The notes below the pieces were generated by a model. The model searched no databases. It saw only the letters and a program-made list of their open reading frames with translations, and was not told the DNA's origin. A program made the position numbers and the translations under genes. A stretch of 61,822 nucleotides of DNA, the filler included, from Basidiobolus meristosporus CBS 931.73 (lineage: Eukaryota > Fungi > Basidiobolomycota), in NCBI GenBank assembly GCA_002104905.1. It is 3 parts of 3 records of this genome, joined end to end, with 100 filler letters (N's around TTAATTAATTAA, not from the genome) between each part and the next. Parts side by side here need not be neighbours in the genome. Positions count along the whole stretch, not along the records: positions 1 to 19,662 come from MCFE01001027.1; positions 19,763 to 31,497 come from MCFE01001264.1; 1 more part is not named here. One strand, written 5' to 3'. Below, one piece after another: positions 13,377 through 25,799 of this stretch. Each line of letters begins with the position of its first letter. The first letter of the stretch is position 1.

Positions 13377-14892
13377 ATGGTATTCGAACTCTATACTTGG
13401 GGACCAGGGTTTGAACTCCCTTCATTGGATCCCCTCTGTTTAACCATTGAGGTAGAGAAATTTCCGCGTGTACTGTGGGGGTGGTTGGGGTTACCTGGAA
13501 ATGGACAGGAAACGATACTCACTAGCCTTCTCCATATAGACCTACCTCAATTTGACCAATGCCAGTTGGGTTGCCAATGAATGTAACAATCCCAGCGCAT
13601 CACCCTCCGGTAAGTTTGCTTTCGGTCCCGCGCCCTCGGCCGCAACCCAGCTAAAATATTCCACCCTTTCAGGCGAATTGCCCCTCCTAAGAGACGGCAA
13701 AGAGTACATTTGTGGCGTCAACAACATCCTCACCTATCTAAGCAAACAAGTAAGACATCACCAACCTCGCCTCACGAGTGTGCGTACACAGTTGAGGAAA
13801 ACTCGTTAACGTTGGGAATGTAGGGTCTGGATCTGAGCAAGTCCCTCAACGACCAGCAGAAGGCCGAAACTCTCGCGTGAGAACCGTTTTAGAGTCCAAC
13901 CCAGTCTAGTGGAATATGTGCTGACCGCAAACACGCATTTTGTTTACTTAGTTACTCCGCCCTGGTCAACGATAGACTTATGGATGGTTTGGTAAGAGAC
14001 GGGAAATGTCGGCTCGAACGCGCTGGATCCCACTGAACTCACCCTTCTCTTGGAATGTTAGTTGTACGCTTGGTATGGTGACCAGGAGAATTTCACCCAG
14101 ATCACTCGACCCACCTACGCCAAACTTCTCCCACTCGCTCTACGCTACTACACCCCGGTCACTCTGAGGAAAACCGCCCTCACCAAGATTGAGAAGTACG
14201 GCTTCCCCAAAGAGGAGGGCAAGAAGCCCAAGAAGGAAGCGGTGGCTCCCGAAGTAAGCAACCATCTTGGCTCGATCCGTAGGAAAGCCCATCGTTAACG
14301 ACCGCTTGCCATTGTAGATATATGAGCTGGTAAGAGACCACTATCGGGTCCTGTCTAAGAAGCTCGGTGAGCAGCAATTTTTCTTTGGCGACAGGTGAGC
14401 CTCGTTAACCTTCTGTTCTGTGGACCACGACTTACCTGAATTGGGATTTTCTGTAGCCCCACCACCCTTGATGCCGTCGTTTTTGGTCAGCTGGCCCTTC
14501 ACTACTATCCCGAACTCCCTAACGCTCGCCTGGCCACTATGCTCAAGGAAGAATTCCCCAACTTGGGCCAGTTCTGCGACAGAGTACGTGGCCTCGCGTT
14601 CAGCAAGCCGGTCGAGAAGTCGAGCTCCCTGGATACACCATCCCCTCTCAGCGGGCTTCTTGGATCCCCAGTCAGCTGGTTCAAGAACAACTTCCTGATT
14701 CGCTTCACAGGCACTAAAGAAGCGGCCCCCAAAACGCCCGAGCAAGAGGAATTCGAAAGAAAGAGATTCCTGTCGATCTTCGGGGCGGCGTGGTTCATGA
14801 TCGCGTTCGTCGTTTACAACGGAATCATCTCGATCCAGACGGTTGAAGCCGAGGATGAGGACGACGACGAGGAATACTACGAATTGGATTAG
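13377..14892 (+). CDS. MTX1: Metaxin/Sam37-like mitochondrial outer-membrane protein, multi-exon
   Basis: N-terminal ELYTWGPGFELPSLDPLCL, SPSG..P.L (Tom37-like), FFFGD.PTTLDA (GST-like C-domain), C-terminal TM LSIFGAAWFMIAFVVY and acidic tail. Confidence 0.85.
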
Positions 14893-15095
14893 CCATCCGC
14901 CTTATCAGCCATCACCCATTGAAAACCATTCCCATCATTCAACTCCCAATAAAATCGAATTGCCCATCGTGCAAGCAGCATAGTTCAAGTTGGAATTTGG
15001 AGAAACCATTTATTAGATTAAGCGGTGGCCAGCATGATTAGATGTGTATAGATATAAATGTTGTAGGATGGGGATTTACCGATCTGATACATTGT

Positions 15096-15757
15096 CTAGA
15101 GTGCCATGTAGGAGAGGGCAGCCAAAACGATGGCAGAAGATCCCCATCCAGCAGCGTTAATGGAGCCAGCGTTAGGCTTGTTTCCTTGGGAGGTGCTGCC
15201 ACTACCAGTCCCAGTTTGGGTAGATTGAGCACCGCTGGTAGATCCGGTGGCAGATCCGGTGGCAGCAGGAGCAGCAGCGGTGTAGAGAGGAGTAGCATTC
15301 ACATCAGAGACGTTGAGGTATGAAGGAGGGCTGTTGGGGGTTTTGCATTGGAACTTGGTGGTACAGGCAGAGTAGCATTGGTTAACAGTGTTATCCTTAG
15401 GGCACTTGGCATTACAGTCTCCCAATTTGCCTTCGCATTCGGCAACGACGACGGGCCACAAGTAAGCGATTTGGTCGGGAACCTTGGTCTTGCAACCGCA
15501 TCCCCAGCCCATAGTCTTGGGGTTGCAGAAATTCATGGGGGCCTGGTCCACACCACCGCAGTTGATGGTACAGAAGGCAGTCTGTCTGTTACAGATTTCA
15601 CTACGGGAGGCCTCAGGGATGTCAAGGACGGACCAGTCCGCACCTACAATCGAGTCAGCATCAATCAACAAAAGGCATCTCCGTCGAGCTTCTTACCAAT
15701 AACACTTTGGGTGAAGGAAAGGGCAACAGCGAGGGTAGAGAGGGAAAGGAACTTCAT
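15096..15757 (-). CDS. Secreted Cys-rich, Ser/Thr-rich, probably GPI-anchored surface protein (2 exons)
   Basis: ATG at 15757, signal peptide MKFLSLSTLAVALSFTQSVIG, one GT-AG intron, Cys-rich domain (ICNRQTAFCTINC...C), S/T/G linker, NAG omega-like site and hydrophobic C-terminus. Confidence 0.8.
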
Positions 15758-16229
15758 TTTGAGAAAGACACTGATGTTGGCCGGGCGCTGGCGACATGTA
15801 TTTAAAGCACTCGGCGATCACAAGAAAAACGCACGCTAATGGTACACCAATTAATGTGGGTGATACTGCATTGAGACACCATCCTCAAAATGAACCCTAA
15901 CCCTAGATCAGCCCCAATGAGAGCGGCCGCACGACTAAGCTTACTATCTTTTGAGATTGAAACATTTCTGAAGAGAATAAATCAATACGAAATCAATACG
16001 AAAATGAGCTAGGACTGGTATTTTCTGGACACGATCTTCACTACTCCAGAACCAGATTGGTCCATGGGAGAGGGGAAATTTGCGTACCTCCCGAAGGATG
16101 ATTGAATGAATGCACCATGAGATGGGTTGTGTAGCCAACCTTTAGGTGTTGATCAAGTGAACTGTGTAGCCACCATCGAGGTGCTGATTAAGTAGGATAT
16201 TTATTGTGAATACATCGTCTAGACATTGT

Positions 16230-17147
16230 TTAAGAGATTCCACGCACCGCGGTTGGTTTGGAGTTACTGTGGATCGGTACGTTCTTCGCGCGCTCGATTT
16301 TTTCCTGGATATTCTGCAGAAACTCGGGGCATCTGGCCTGGAAGGTCAGTTTGGTGGCCGCAACGGCGGTCTTTCGATAGAGGGCGGTCAACGCGGTGTT
16401 GACGTCGTACTCGAATCGGAGTTGGTTGAGCGGGGCGGCCTTGCTACGGACACTACAATGGTTAATCAGCTCGCGTAACAAGGGACTATCCTGCAGGAAT
16501 TCCAGGCTCACGGGGAGCGTGATCTCTATGCGCGAGGTCGTCCGGGCGGGGAACGTTAGCTGTGTAGGGATGGTATTGGCGAAGTCGGGCGTTGTGTTGA
16601 TGCCTGGCTTGAGCTGAACTTTGGTCTGGTGGAGAGACTCTTAGCTTGGGCATATGAACCAACAAATTCTCAGCATCCAAGTTACCTTTACATACACCTC
16701 CTCAGCTTGTGCAGCCACCCAGTTAGGGTTGTCAACTGATACCGAGAGCTTTGTCTCGAATTTCAGCATCCTGGCTGCGCCCCTCACCTCCCATCGGACC
16801 GTACCATTCGGGCTCCGTAGATCGATCTGACTCACCTCGGCAGTGATCGTTCTAGGGCACAGGAAGAATAGGGACAATCCGGCCGCCAACACCAAGAACA
16901 ATACGATAGATAATATTATGGCTAATCTCCGAGTGAAATACAGCTGGGAGCAGCAGCTTGGCGGGCTTCGGTAATGGACAAAGGGCTTCGGTTGGGACTT
17001 GGGCCGATAGGGAACATAATCCAGGATTGCCCGCTCCTTGTCGTAGCCATCGTCCTCCAGGGGAAAGCCAAAGTCATGAGAGAAGGAGTCCATGTCCTTC
17101 TTGGAGAACTTTGAGGCTTTCGTGAATTTCCCGGTTAAATCCTTCAT
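16230..17147 (-). CDS. Single-pass membrane protein with LEA_2-like lumenal domain (2 exons)
   Basis: TM LAIILSIVLFLVLAAGLSLFFLCPR followed by SVSVDNPNW (NPN motif typical of LEA_2); intron ~16626-16685 joins YVK|TKVQLKPG in frame. Confidence 0.65.
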
Positions 17148-17583
17148 CTTTTCAAACGACCAATTCTTGGTGTCCCCTCAATTTCACACACAAAAACAAC
17201 CAAATAAGCAGGGAAAATTGTCACAAGGGAGGCGATACCCCGTAGTTATGGAACAAAAATCTCTACTGACAGCCGAATGAAACGGGTTGGGCGCGGACGG
17301 GCCAGAGAACCAGCGTTATGTTGGTCTTTCTCGTGGAGGCCCGGCTTTGCTTTATACTGGCATTCATGTGGAGCCAGACAATCAACAATATGCATCCGCA
17401 CAATGGCCAAAAGCTTATTTTGTCCTTGCATTGTGTGATTGTGCGGCCTTTTATAGATATTATGACTGGTGGCCCACGGTGTATGCTAAGCTAGGCGCTC
17501 TCGGAGGATTAGCACCACCTTGTCAGTGCTCATTTCAATCCATGCGCTCAGGTGGCTCGAAGGAAAATCGAAATGGAACAGGC

Positions 17584-17620
17584 ACGCGCGTGAAATTTCA
17601 ATTTTAGATCATCTGACGCG
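17584..17620. promoter_or_regulatory. Cluster of three ACGCG (MCB-like) cores upstream of histone H1
   Basis: ACGCGCGT at 17584-17591 (cores on both strands) and ACGCG at 17616-17620, ~360-400 bp before the H1 ATG. Confidence 0.3.
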
Positions 17621-17980
17621 CACCATCATTCAATGGATATTAATACATTCACAAATTGCCAGGATCGAAAGCAAAATCGAAATGTTAAACTCGTACAACT
17701 AGGAAGTAGACATTCATTTGGATGAGCGGACAATAGATCCATTTGACTAGGCTGGAAATTGATTCGCTCCAGGTGGCCGATTCCTTTGAGTAAATTAAAC
17801 CAATCATAGTATTATCGCTCAATGCCACTCAATTCCATGATCACATATAAATTGAAGGTGACTTGTAAATGCGGATCCACGAATCCATCTTTCTCTTTTG
17901 TTCTTATTCCGTATTTGCCGTAGGCACATCCACACCCACTCCCACATCCACTTCCACCATTTGTAAGTATTGTAGTGAAT

Positions 17981-18694
17981 ATGGTAACCCCTCGTACTTC
18001 TCGTACCTCCAAGACTCCCGAAAAGAAGGCCCCCACCAGCCCTACCAAGCCTAAACAGGCTAAGGTGGTGAAGAAATCTCCCACCGCTGCCAAAAAATCC
18101 GCCAGTGGAAATCCCACTTACAAGGAAATGATCACTGCGGCAATCGTGAATCTGAAGGAGCGGAACGGCTCCTCGCGTCAAGCAATCAAGAAGTACATCC
18201 AAGCCAACTACAAAGTTAGCGAGACCTTTGACAGCTTATTCAACCTCGCTATCAAGCGCGGTGTTGTTTCTGAAGACTTCACTCAACCCAAGGGCCCCTC
18301 CGGCCCTGTGAAGTTGGCTAAGAAGCCCACAGAATCCAAGCCAAAGGTCAAGGAAGCAAAGCCCAAGGCCAAGCCTGTTGAGAAGAAGGAAGTGAAGGCA
18401 GCTGCCAAGCCCAAGAAGACTACCGCCACAAAGAAGGCCGCCAAGCCCAAGGAATCCAAGGCTAAGGAGTCTAAGCCTAAGGAAACCAAAGCCAAGGAGA
18501 CCAAGTCTAAGGAGGTAAAGGCCAAGGAGACCAAAACCAAAGAGGCCAAGCCCAAGGACGCTGCCAAGTCAGCAAAGAAATCAGCCGCCAAGCCTGCAGC
18601 TACCAAGGCCAAGGCAGCCTCCACTGCCACAAAGAAGCGCGCCGCCCCTAAGAAGGCCCCATCCCCAGCTGCCAAGAAGGCCAAGAGTAAATAA
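17981..18694 (+). CDS. HHO1: Linker histone H1
   Basis: Globular domain [33 protein letters not shown]...[11 protein letters not shown] flanked by Lys/Ala/Pro-rich tails; intronless. Confidence 0.93.
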   Translation: MVTPRTSRTSKTPEKKAPTSPTKPKQAKVVKKSPTAAKKSASGNPTYKEMITAAIVNLKERNGSSRQAIKKYIQANYKVSETFDSLFNLAIKRGVVSEDFTQPKGPSGPVKLAKKPTESKPKVKEAKPKAKPVEKKEVKAAAKPKKTTATKKAAKPKESKAKESKPKETKAKETKSKEVKAKETKTKEAKPKDAAKSAKKSAAKPAATKAKAASTATKKRAAPKKAPSPAAKKAKSK

Positions 18695-19190
18695 TCCAGT
18701 AGACTGTTGATTATCTGGCTCATAATCTCTTTGTTTCCAACAGTTGATGTTAAACCTGAGTTATATTCCCTTAGTTTGTGTGTATATAATTTCTTCATAT
18801 CCTTCTTTTGTCCTCATTCATTATTTTGTGGTAACCTTTTTCGCTTCTCGCTTATTAATAATAAATAAATTAAAGTGAAACTCTCTTGGATATCGCAATC
18901 CCCAGTTTGTGTTGAGTGCGCGAACGTCGCGAGTAGCCATCACCGGGATGTCACGCGATCAACCGGTTTTAGTGCGCATACACACCATTGGTGAGCGATA
19001 GTTAATGAAGGTGCAGGGGGTGTCGGTAGCTGGAGCAGCAAGGGATAAATATGGCGCGCGTGGGATGGTCGTTGATTTACGCGGTGTTAGATGGCTGGTG
19101 CATAATCACTTTATTGATTGGTGGGTGTGGGGGGCTGATTTATACTAGACTACAAAACGGAGCAAAATAGAGTGGATTCTGGGAATCTTC

Positions 19191-19662
19191 CTAGAGGGCG
19201 AATCCAACACCAATGGATTTGATGATGCTATACTCATAGATCGACTCCACTCCCAGGTCTTTTCCAAATCCGCTGCATTTCATGCCGCCAAATGGCATGT
19301 AATATGGATTGAAGTTGTACGTATTATGCCACACTAGGCCAAATTGCATTTCCCTATACATGCGCTCCGCGATTTTTTGTTCCTTGGTCCAGAACCCACA
19401 ACCCAGTCCATATTCGGTGTTGTTCACTCCACGGAGAACCTCGTCGATGCTCTCGAACCTGGCATGTGGATAAGTATTTTCCTTGTGCTGCATCAAAAAT
19501 CGCCTTTCACTTACGGTTCCATAACACACAGGACTGGCCCAAAGATCTCCTCCTTGAAGAGCTTCGACGTTTCAGGCACGTTGATGAAGATGGTGGGTGG
19601 GATGAAGAATCCCTTGTTCTCCACCACTTTGCCCACCAATCAGGGCCTCCAATTTCTCGACG
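19191..19662 (-). CDS. Aldehyde dehydrogenase, 3' part only (cut by spacer); apparent +1 frameshift near 19632
   Basis: GFFIPPTIF, EEIFGPV, NNTEYGL, PFGGMKCSGFG motifs; one intron. Confidence 0.85.
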
Positions 19663-19762
19663 NNNNNNNNNNNNNNNNNNNNNNNNNNNNNNNNNNNNNN
19701 NNNNNNTTAATTAATTAANNNNNNNNNNNNNNNNNNNNNNNNNNNNNNNNNNNNNNNNNNNN
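19663..19762. other. Artificial contig spacer (44 N + TTAATTAATTAA + 44 N)
   Basis: Exactly 100 bp; the 12-mer gives stops in all six frames; identical spacer at 31498. Confidence 0.97.
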
Positions 19763-20189
19763 AATCTATTATGGACACTTGAGGGGAACAAGTATAGCAT
19801 TGTTGTGGTAAACAACTACCATCACATGGAATGCTTTCCTCTGCGTAGCACGGTTGTGGATCAGGACAGGAGGGAGGGCAAGGTGTGCAGGTATGATGGG
19901 CGGGAAGGCTATATGCGGGGGGTGGCGGCGGCGGTGGGGGTGGATAGCTACTTCCACTGCAGCAGGGATATTCTACAACTACTGGACAACAAACTGGGCA
20001 ACAATCGGAATCTACAGGTGGAGGAGCAAAAGTAGATTGGGGCTTTTGAGAATTCATACAAGCATAACATGTAGTAAGTGGGGGAAGAACCAGGTCTGCG
20101 GTAGAACGTGGTCGTTCCTCAGCACTGACAATTCCTGGCTTGCATGCCGTGTCACTACTTATATGACTTGTTGCCATGGTTCTTGGCAC
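19763..20189 (-). CDS. Hypothetical Cys/Pro-rich low-complexity protein, 3' end cut by spacer
   Basis: Open frame with CCPVCC, PCCS, poly-Pro, CTPCPPSCPDPQPC; a possible 48-nt in-frame GTATGA..TAG intron. Confidence 0.45.
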
Positions 20190-20836
20190 TAAATACGAGT
20201 GGTTATCGATCTGCTTTATAGTACAGCTAGAGAAGGAGATATTTGAAGATACAGGATAATAAACATTAAATCAGTATCTCCATAAAAGGAGTAGCACGCA
20301 GATATCCCAAAAGGAATGAGGAGGTTTGGAGAGGTGCTTTGTGGTTCAACAAGTATTTCGGTTGATAATGGAGCTAGAGAGTAGAAAGCCATGGAATAGG
20401 GCGCTAAAATAATGGGGACCTAATTTCCGCTTGCCCTTGACCAATCTTCCATGTATATTGAAAACCATAAAACTCCGTCAATGGCCAATAGGAACAGATG
20501 TGTATTTTTGAGTCTTCAAACAATACCAGTTTCTCGCAGCAGATCAGGGCGATAGATTCCAAATAGAAGCCCCATTTTCTGTTGCCCATCGCTGCCCAAC
20601 GTGGTACCCAATTTGTATTTCCCTTAACGCACAACCAATTAAGCAGATGCCAGTCCCTTCTCACGGGGCTAGTTGAACTTCCATATTAGTGCTTGTTGAT
20701 CAACTGATGCTAAGGCTGGGTAGGCAGTAGATTGTGTGTAGTAGGTTAACTTTGGTGATTTATTGAGATATTTGCCAGTGAGATATGCTAATTAATAATC
20801 AATGATATATTCAATATGGAGAATTGGTAGGCTTGC

Positions 20837-23800
20837 TTATACTCGAATTGCCCATGGTTTCTCGCCTTCCTGGGGCACAATTCTAGAGAGTGTAGCAATC
20901 TCATCGCTACTGGCCATACGGATTTGTTCAGCAGTGGCGGGATGAGCAAGAGTAAATGTCTCAGTGTTGCCGTTGTCTTTGCGGGCAGCAGAAACAGCAT
21001 CACGAATGGCATAGTAGACGGAGGTACCAAGGAAGAATGGTGGCTCTCCGATACCCTTGCTACCATGGATGGTCTTGAGGTTCTTGTACTCAACGCCATC
21101 CAGCAGGTCCACTCTGAATCTCTGAGGAATGTCGCGGAAGCCAGGGATCTTGTAAGTGCCTGGTCCGCGAGTGAATAGCATTCCGTTGGGGAAGAAGAGA
21201 GTCTCCTCCATGGTTGACCATCCAGCACCTTGTAACCAAGCACCTTCAACCTGACCAAGGTCAATGGAGTAGTTGAGGGATTTGCCAACGTCCATGAGAA
21301 TGTCGGTGCTAATGATGGTGTGGTCGCCAGTAAGGATATCGATTTCAACCTCAGACACGGCAATACCAAGGGTGAAGTAGAAGAACATCATGCCTTCGTT
21401 CTTGCCCCAAACATAACCGATATCTGGGGTTCTGTAATATCCGTTGGCGGAGAGATTCACACGATCAAAGTAGGCGGCCTTGGCAAGCTCAGCGATGCTG
21501 GCGTCGGGCATCTTTTCACGGTAGGGTCTCAATCTATCAGCTACCTGCTCACATGCAGCCTTGACAGCCTGTCCATTAAGATCTGAACCAGCGGAAGCGG
21601 CTGTGGGACTGGTATTGGCTACAGTGTTGGTTGCTGTTTCATTGATGTAAACCTTCTCAAGAGGAACGCCAAGGGTTTCAGCGGCAATCTGGGCCATCTT
21701 GGTATGGATGCCCTGTCCCATTTCAATTCCTCCGTGTGTCAAGAGAACTGAGCCATCGGTGTAAACATGGACTAATGCACCTGCTTGGTTGAGATGCTTG
21801 GCAGTGAATGAGATACCAAACTTGGTAGGAATAATGGCTAATCCTCTCTTCTTGAAAGTGTGGGTCTTGTTGAACTCGTCAACGGCCTGGCGTCTGGCAT
21901 CGTAGTTGGAGGACTCCTTGATCTGCTTCCACATCTTGGGGATGTGCCAGTCGGTAAGCTCTTGGTTGAAGTGGGTGATCTGACCCTCCTTGTACATGTT
22001 GATCTCACGGAATTGGTCAACAGGAATATTGAGACGATCGGCGACTTCATGGACCCAATTCTCACAAATGATCATTCCTTGGGGTCCACCGAATCCACGG
22101 TAAGCGGTGTTCGAGTGGATATTGGTGATACAAGCCTTACCAATGGCACGAACATTAGGAATCCAGTAGCAGTTATCACTGTGGGACATGGCACGCTCAA
22201 CGACAGCCATGGTTAGATCGGCAGACCAACCAGCGTTGGCATACACCTTGACATCCAATGCTTGGAGTTTGCCATCCTTGTTGACACCAACCTTCCATCT
22301 TCCGAGGAATGGATGTCTCTGTCCGGAGATGAGCATATCTTCGTCTCTGTCGAGCATGACTCTGATGGGCTTGCGGAGATGGTGGGCAGCAACTGCCATG
22401 GGTGCAGTAAGCATGACGGTTCTACTCTCCTTACCACCGAAACCACCACCCAAACGCTTAGTACGGACAATCACTCTGCTGTCAGGGCAATCGAGGACCT
22501 TGGCTACGACGTGCTGAGTTTCAGTGGGGTTCTGAGTGCTGCTGAAGATTTCAATCTCATCGCCTTCCTTAGGAACGACGATACAGGCGTTGGTCTCAAG
22601 ATAGAAATGCTCTTGGCCACCGATCTTGGTCTCGCCCTCAAATACGTGGTCGCAGTTTTTGAATGCCTCGTCAACATCTCCTCGGATGATTTCACGTGGT
22701 GCAGGGACAAATGATTCCTTCTCAATAGCTTCCTCGATGGTGAGAATGTGAGGCAGGTCTTCATACTCCACATTTACCATTCTTGCGGCAGCCTGGGCTT
22801 CGTTTTGACTCTTGGCTACCACGATACCAATGATCTGACCCAAGAAGTATACGTCAGTGCTGGCGAAGACTTCTTCGTCTTGGAAGACTGGACCCCAGGT
22901 ATTGTTTCCGGGAACATCTTTAGCTGAGTAGAATCCTACCACACCATCTGCCTGTAGAGCATTGGCGGCATCGACGTTCAAGATCTTGGCGCGGGCTTTC
23001 TTGGAAGTAACCAAGGCACCATAGAGCTCCCCGCTGTATGATGGCATATCGTCAACGTAGATAGCCTCACCAGTAACCTGCTTGAGGGCACTCAAATGGG
23101 CTACACCCTTGCCGACAACGTTTTCAGGGCGGACGGGCATTGATTGGGAAGCTTGGGAAACAGCTCTTTCAATGTCCTCCACCTCATCAGCAAACTTGGA
23201 TTCTTGGATGTCAAGTCCCAGTTTGTTCGAGACGTTGCACCAGAACTTGTAGAAGAAACTTGCTGAAAGAGCCTTACGGAATTCTCCCATACCACCTGGA
23301 GAAGAGTACTGGATCGGCAAATCGAAGCCGAGTCTGGTGACGACCTCCAAGAAGTCCTCACGATAACCCCACTCCTTACCAATCAAATATTCCATGGCGG
23401 ATTTGGCTTGGAGGGTAGTTGGACCCATACCTCCGAAGGCAAGGACTATATCCTTGACGATGAACTTCTCATCGCTCTTCTCAAACTTGACCCTAAGGCC
23501 ACCATTAGCGATGGCAATATCATCGTCCTTTCTCTTGGCCTGTTTGAACGATTGCGCGAATTCGTATTCCTTGGTGAAGGGAACGAACAGAGATACCACC
23601 ACTTCACCTGGACGAAGCGCAGTCTTGCGGTAACCCAGGAAGAATTCGGTCATCTTGATGGAGCGCAATCCACCCTCCTTGGAGCTTACAACCATTACCG
23701 CACGGGAAGAGACGAAGACCGGGTTGAGGTCAGAAATTGGTGAGGCAGTAACGATGTTACCAGCAATTGTACCGACGTTTCTGATTTGGCGACCAGCGAA

Positions 23801-24987
23801 CCAGCGAAGGTTGCTAAGATAAGCTTTGAAGTTCTCAGTCTTTGAAGGTTCGTATTTCTCCACTGCCTTTTTGAGTTCACGCTCAAAGTTGGAGAGGGTG
23901 ATGTTGGCACCGAATGTGATACCTTCCTCGCTATACTCGACCTTCTTAAGCTCTTCGATGTCACTAACATAGATCATCACAGGGTAGTAGATCTGCTTGA
24001 ACTTGATCTCGATCCCGACTTCGGAGTTACCGGCGATGATCTTTGCGTCAGGGTATTCGGCCTTGAGCTGCAAAAGCTCGTCGAGTTCAAGAGGACGGTA
24101 CCACTTGTATCTGTTATTGGAGAATGCCAAGGGCTTGAGTCCGCTAGCTCCTTCCTTCTCCTTATCGCCTTGTGCATATTTGATAAGTCCGGGTGGGAAG
24201 ATCAACTCCTGAGAGGGGTCGTACTTCTTGAGCTTAACCTTCTCGAACTTGTCGTTGTCAACGGCAAAGTTTAGTTTGTCATCGAATTCCTTCTTGTCCT
24301 GGCAACAACCGCCTTCTTTCCCGCAGCCCTTTGGTGCTTCTTCCTTGATGGCTTGTTGCTCCTGGTCTTGGCAGCAGCCTCCGGCCTTGTTGCTGCCACC
24401 ACAGCAACCGCCAGCTGGAGTGGCAAAGGTTTTGGCGGCATCCAAGATGGGTCTGTAACCAGTACAGCGGCAAAGGTTTCCGTCGAATGCTTCTTCGATA
24501 TCATGCTCGCTGGGGTTAGGGTTGTTTCTCAAAAGGGCGTAGAGAGACATGGCAATTCCTGGAGTACAGAAACCACATTGTGACCCATGGGCAAGGGCAA
24601 TTCTTTCCTGAACAGGATGGGGATTTTTGGCGTTTCCAATTCCTTCAATGGTAATCACATGTTTACCGTCCATGGCACAAAGAGGAGCCAGGCAAGCGTT
24701 GGTCGAAGTGTGAGTGATCTTCTTGGTCTTTGGGTCGTATGAGGAGACCAGGAGTGTACAGGCACCTTAAATTGAAGAGAGGTCATATTAGTATTGGCTC
24801 CGTGTGCCTTTGCTTCACTCTCCTTTAACTTACCACAACCACCTTCACCACATCCAAGCTTCGTTCCAGTAAGCCCGGTGCCACGAAGGTATTGGAGAAG
24901 TGTCATCTCGGGATCAGGATTTTGCAAAACGATGCGAGTGCCATTGACGTAGAATGTAAGGATGTTGGAGTAACTTTGAATAGACAT
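20837..24987 (-). CDS. XDH: Xanthine dehydrogenase (Mo-Fe/S-flavoenzyme), 2 exons (24987-24834, 24765-20837)
   Basis: [29 protein letters not shown] (2Fe-2S); FAD domain; [25 protein letters not shown] (Moco domain, catalytic Glu). Confidence 0.97.
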
Positions 24988-25799
24988 GATCCTTAATTGA
25001 TGCTGAAGTCAAATACAAATGCAGTAGTGAAGTGCAATGGAGAATGAGATGCAATAGTTAAGTGTGATTTGGAGGAGACTTTGAAGCCGAGTATATATAG
25101 GATTTTACTCGGCAATCTCAGACGATTATCATCGACACAAAACTGATCGATATCTAACAACCGACTTCTCCACAACTCCACAGCATTCTTTTCCCGGCCG
25201 CTATCCGCATTATCTTCATTCCAAAATCGATATGGGGTACTTGGGTGAGTATGCGATTTCCCAATCGAGAGCTTGGAAAAACCGGAATTTGTAGTTAGCA
25301 AATCTATAGCAACCTTCATTCTGGCAATCCCCCGCTCCCCCGCTCCCTCGAACCCTCCTTCCTATGCTATGGGAATTGTCTCAGCTGGCTTTCACGTCAC
25401 ATGAAAATTTTTGTTCTACTCTTTCGGGTTGCTGCATCAGCTCATGTCACATGGCGGAAACTTGGAAATATTCATTGGTGACCGAGAGATACATCATTGG
25501 CTCAATTACAGGATACACTTGGAATGACGACCTGTGGTTAACTGATTGACGTTCATTGAATTTTACTTGGCGCCACACGGGTATTTACTTGGATGAATGT
25601 TTACTAATTTGGTAGCATTGATGAACGCAAAGATAATCAATCGTTTTTTCTCACACTGGAGGCTCCAAGCGTATTGGCTCGTATAAATGCTCGAGAGTTA
25701 GTTGTTATGCTATGCTTTTCTTCTACCTGGAAGGAGGCGCTCATGTTGAAATGTGGTATTGTGTTGTGTTTATTTGGGATGTGAATGCAAATCAAAATT

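Noticed and set aside
15348-15839. 163-aa plus-strand ORF
   Set aside because: Antisense to the better-supported GPI-type gene.
15893-15905. CCCTAACCCTA telomere-like sequence
   Set aside because: Only about two units in a promoter; chance level.
18283-18798. Hydrophobic 171-aa ORF that looks like a membrane protein
   Set aside because: Reverse complement of the Lys/Ala codons of histone H1.
19344-19718. ORFs running through N blocks and the TTAATTAATTAA 12-mer as a motif
   Set aside because: Artificial spacer.
20924-24583. Many plus-strand and off-frame ORFs of 60-150 aa
   Set aside because: Shadows of the XDH coding sequence.
19191-24987. ALDH + XDH as a catabolic gene cluster
   Set aside because: Separated by an artificial join, so adjacency is unverified.
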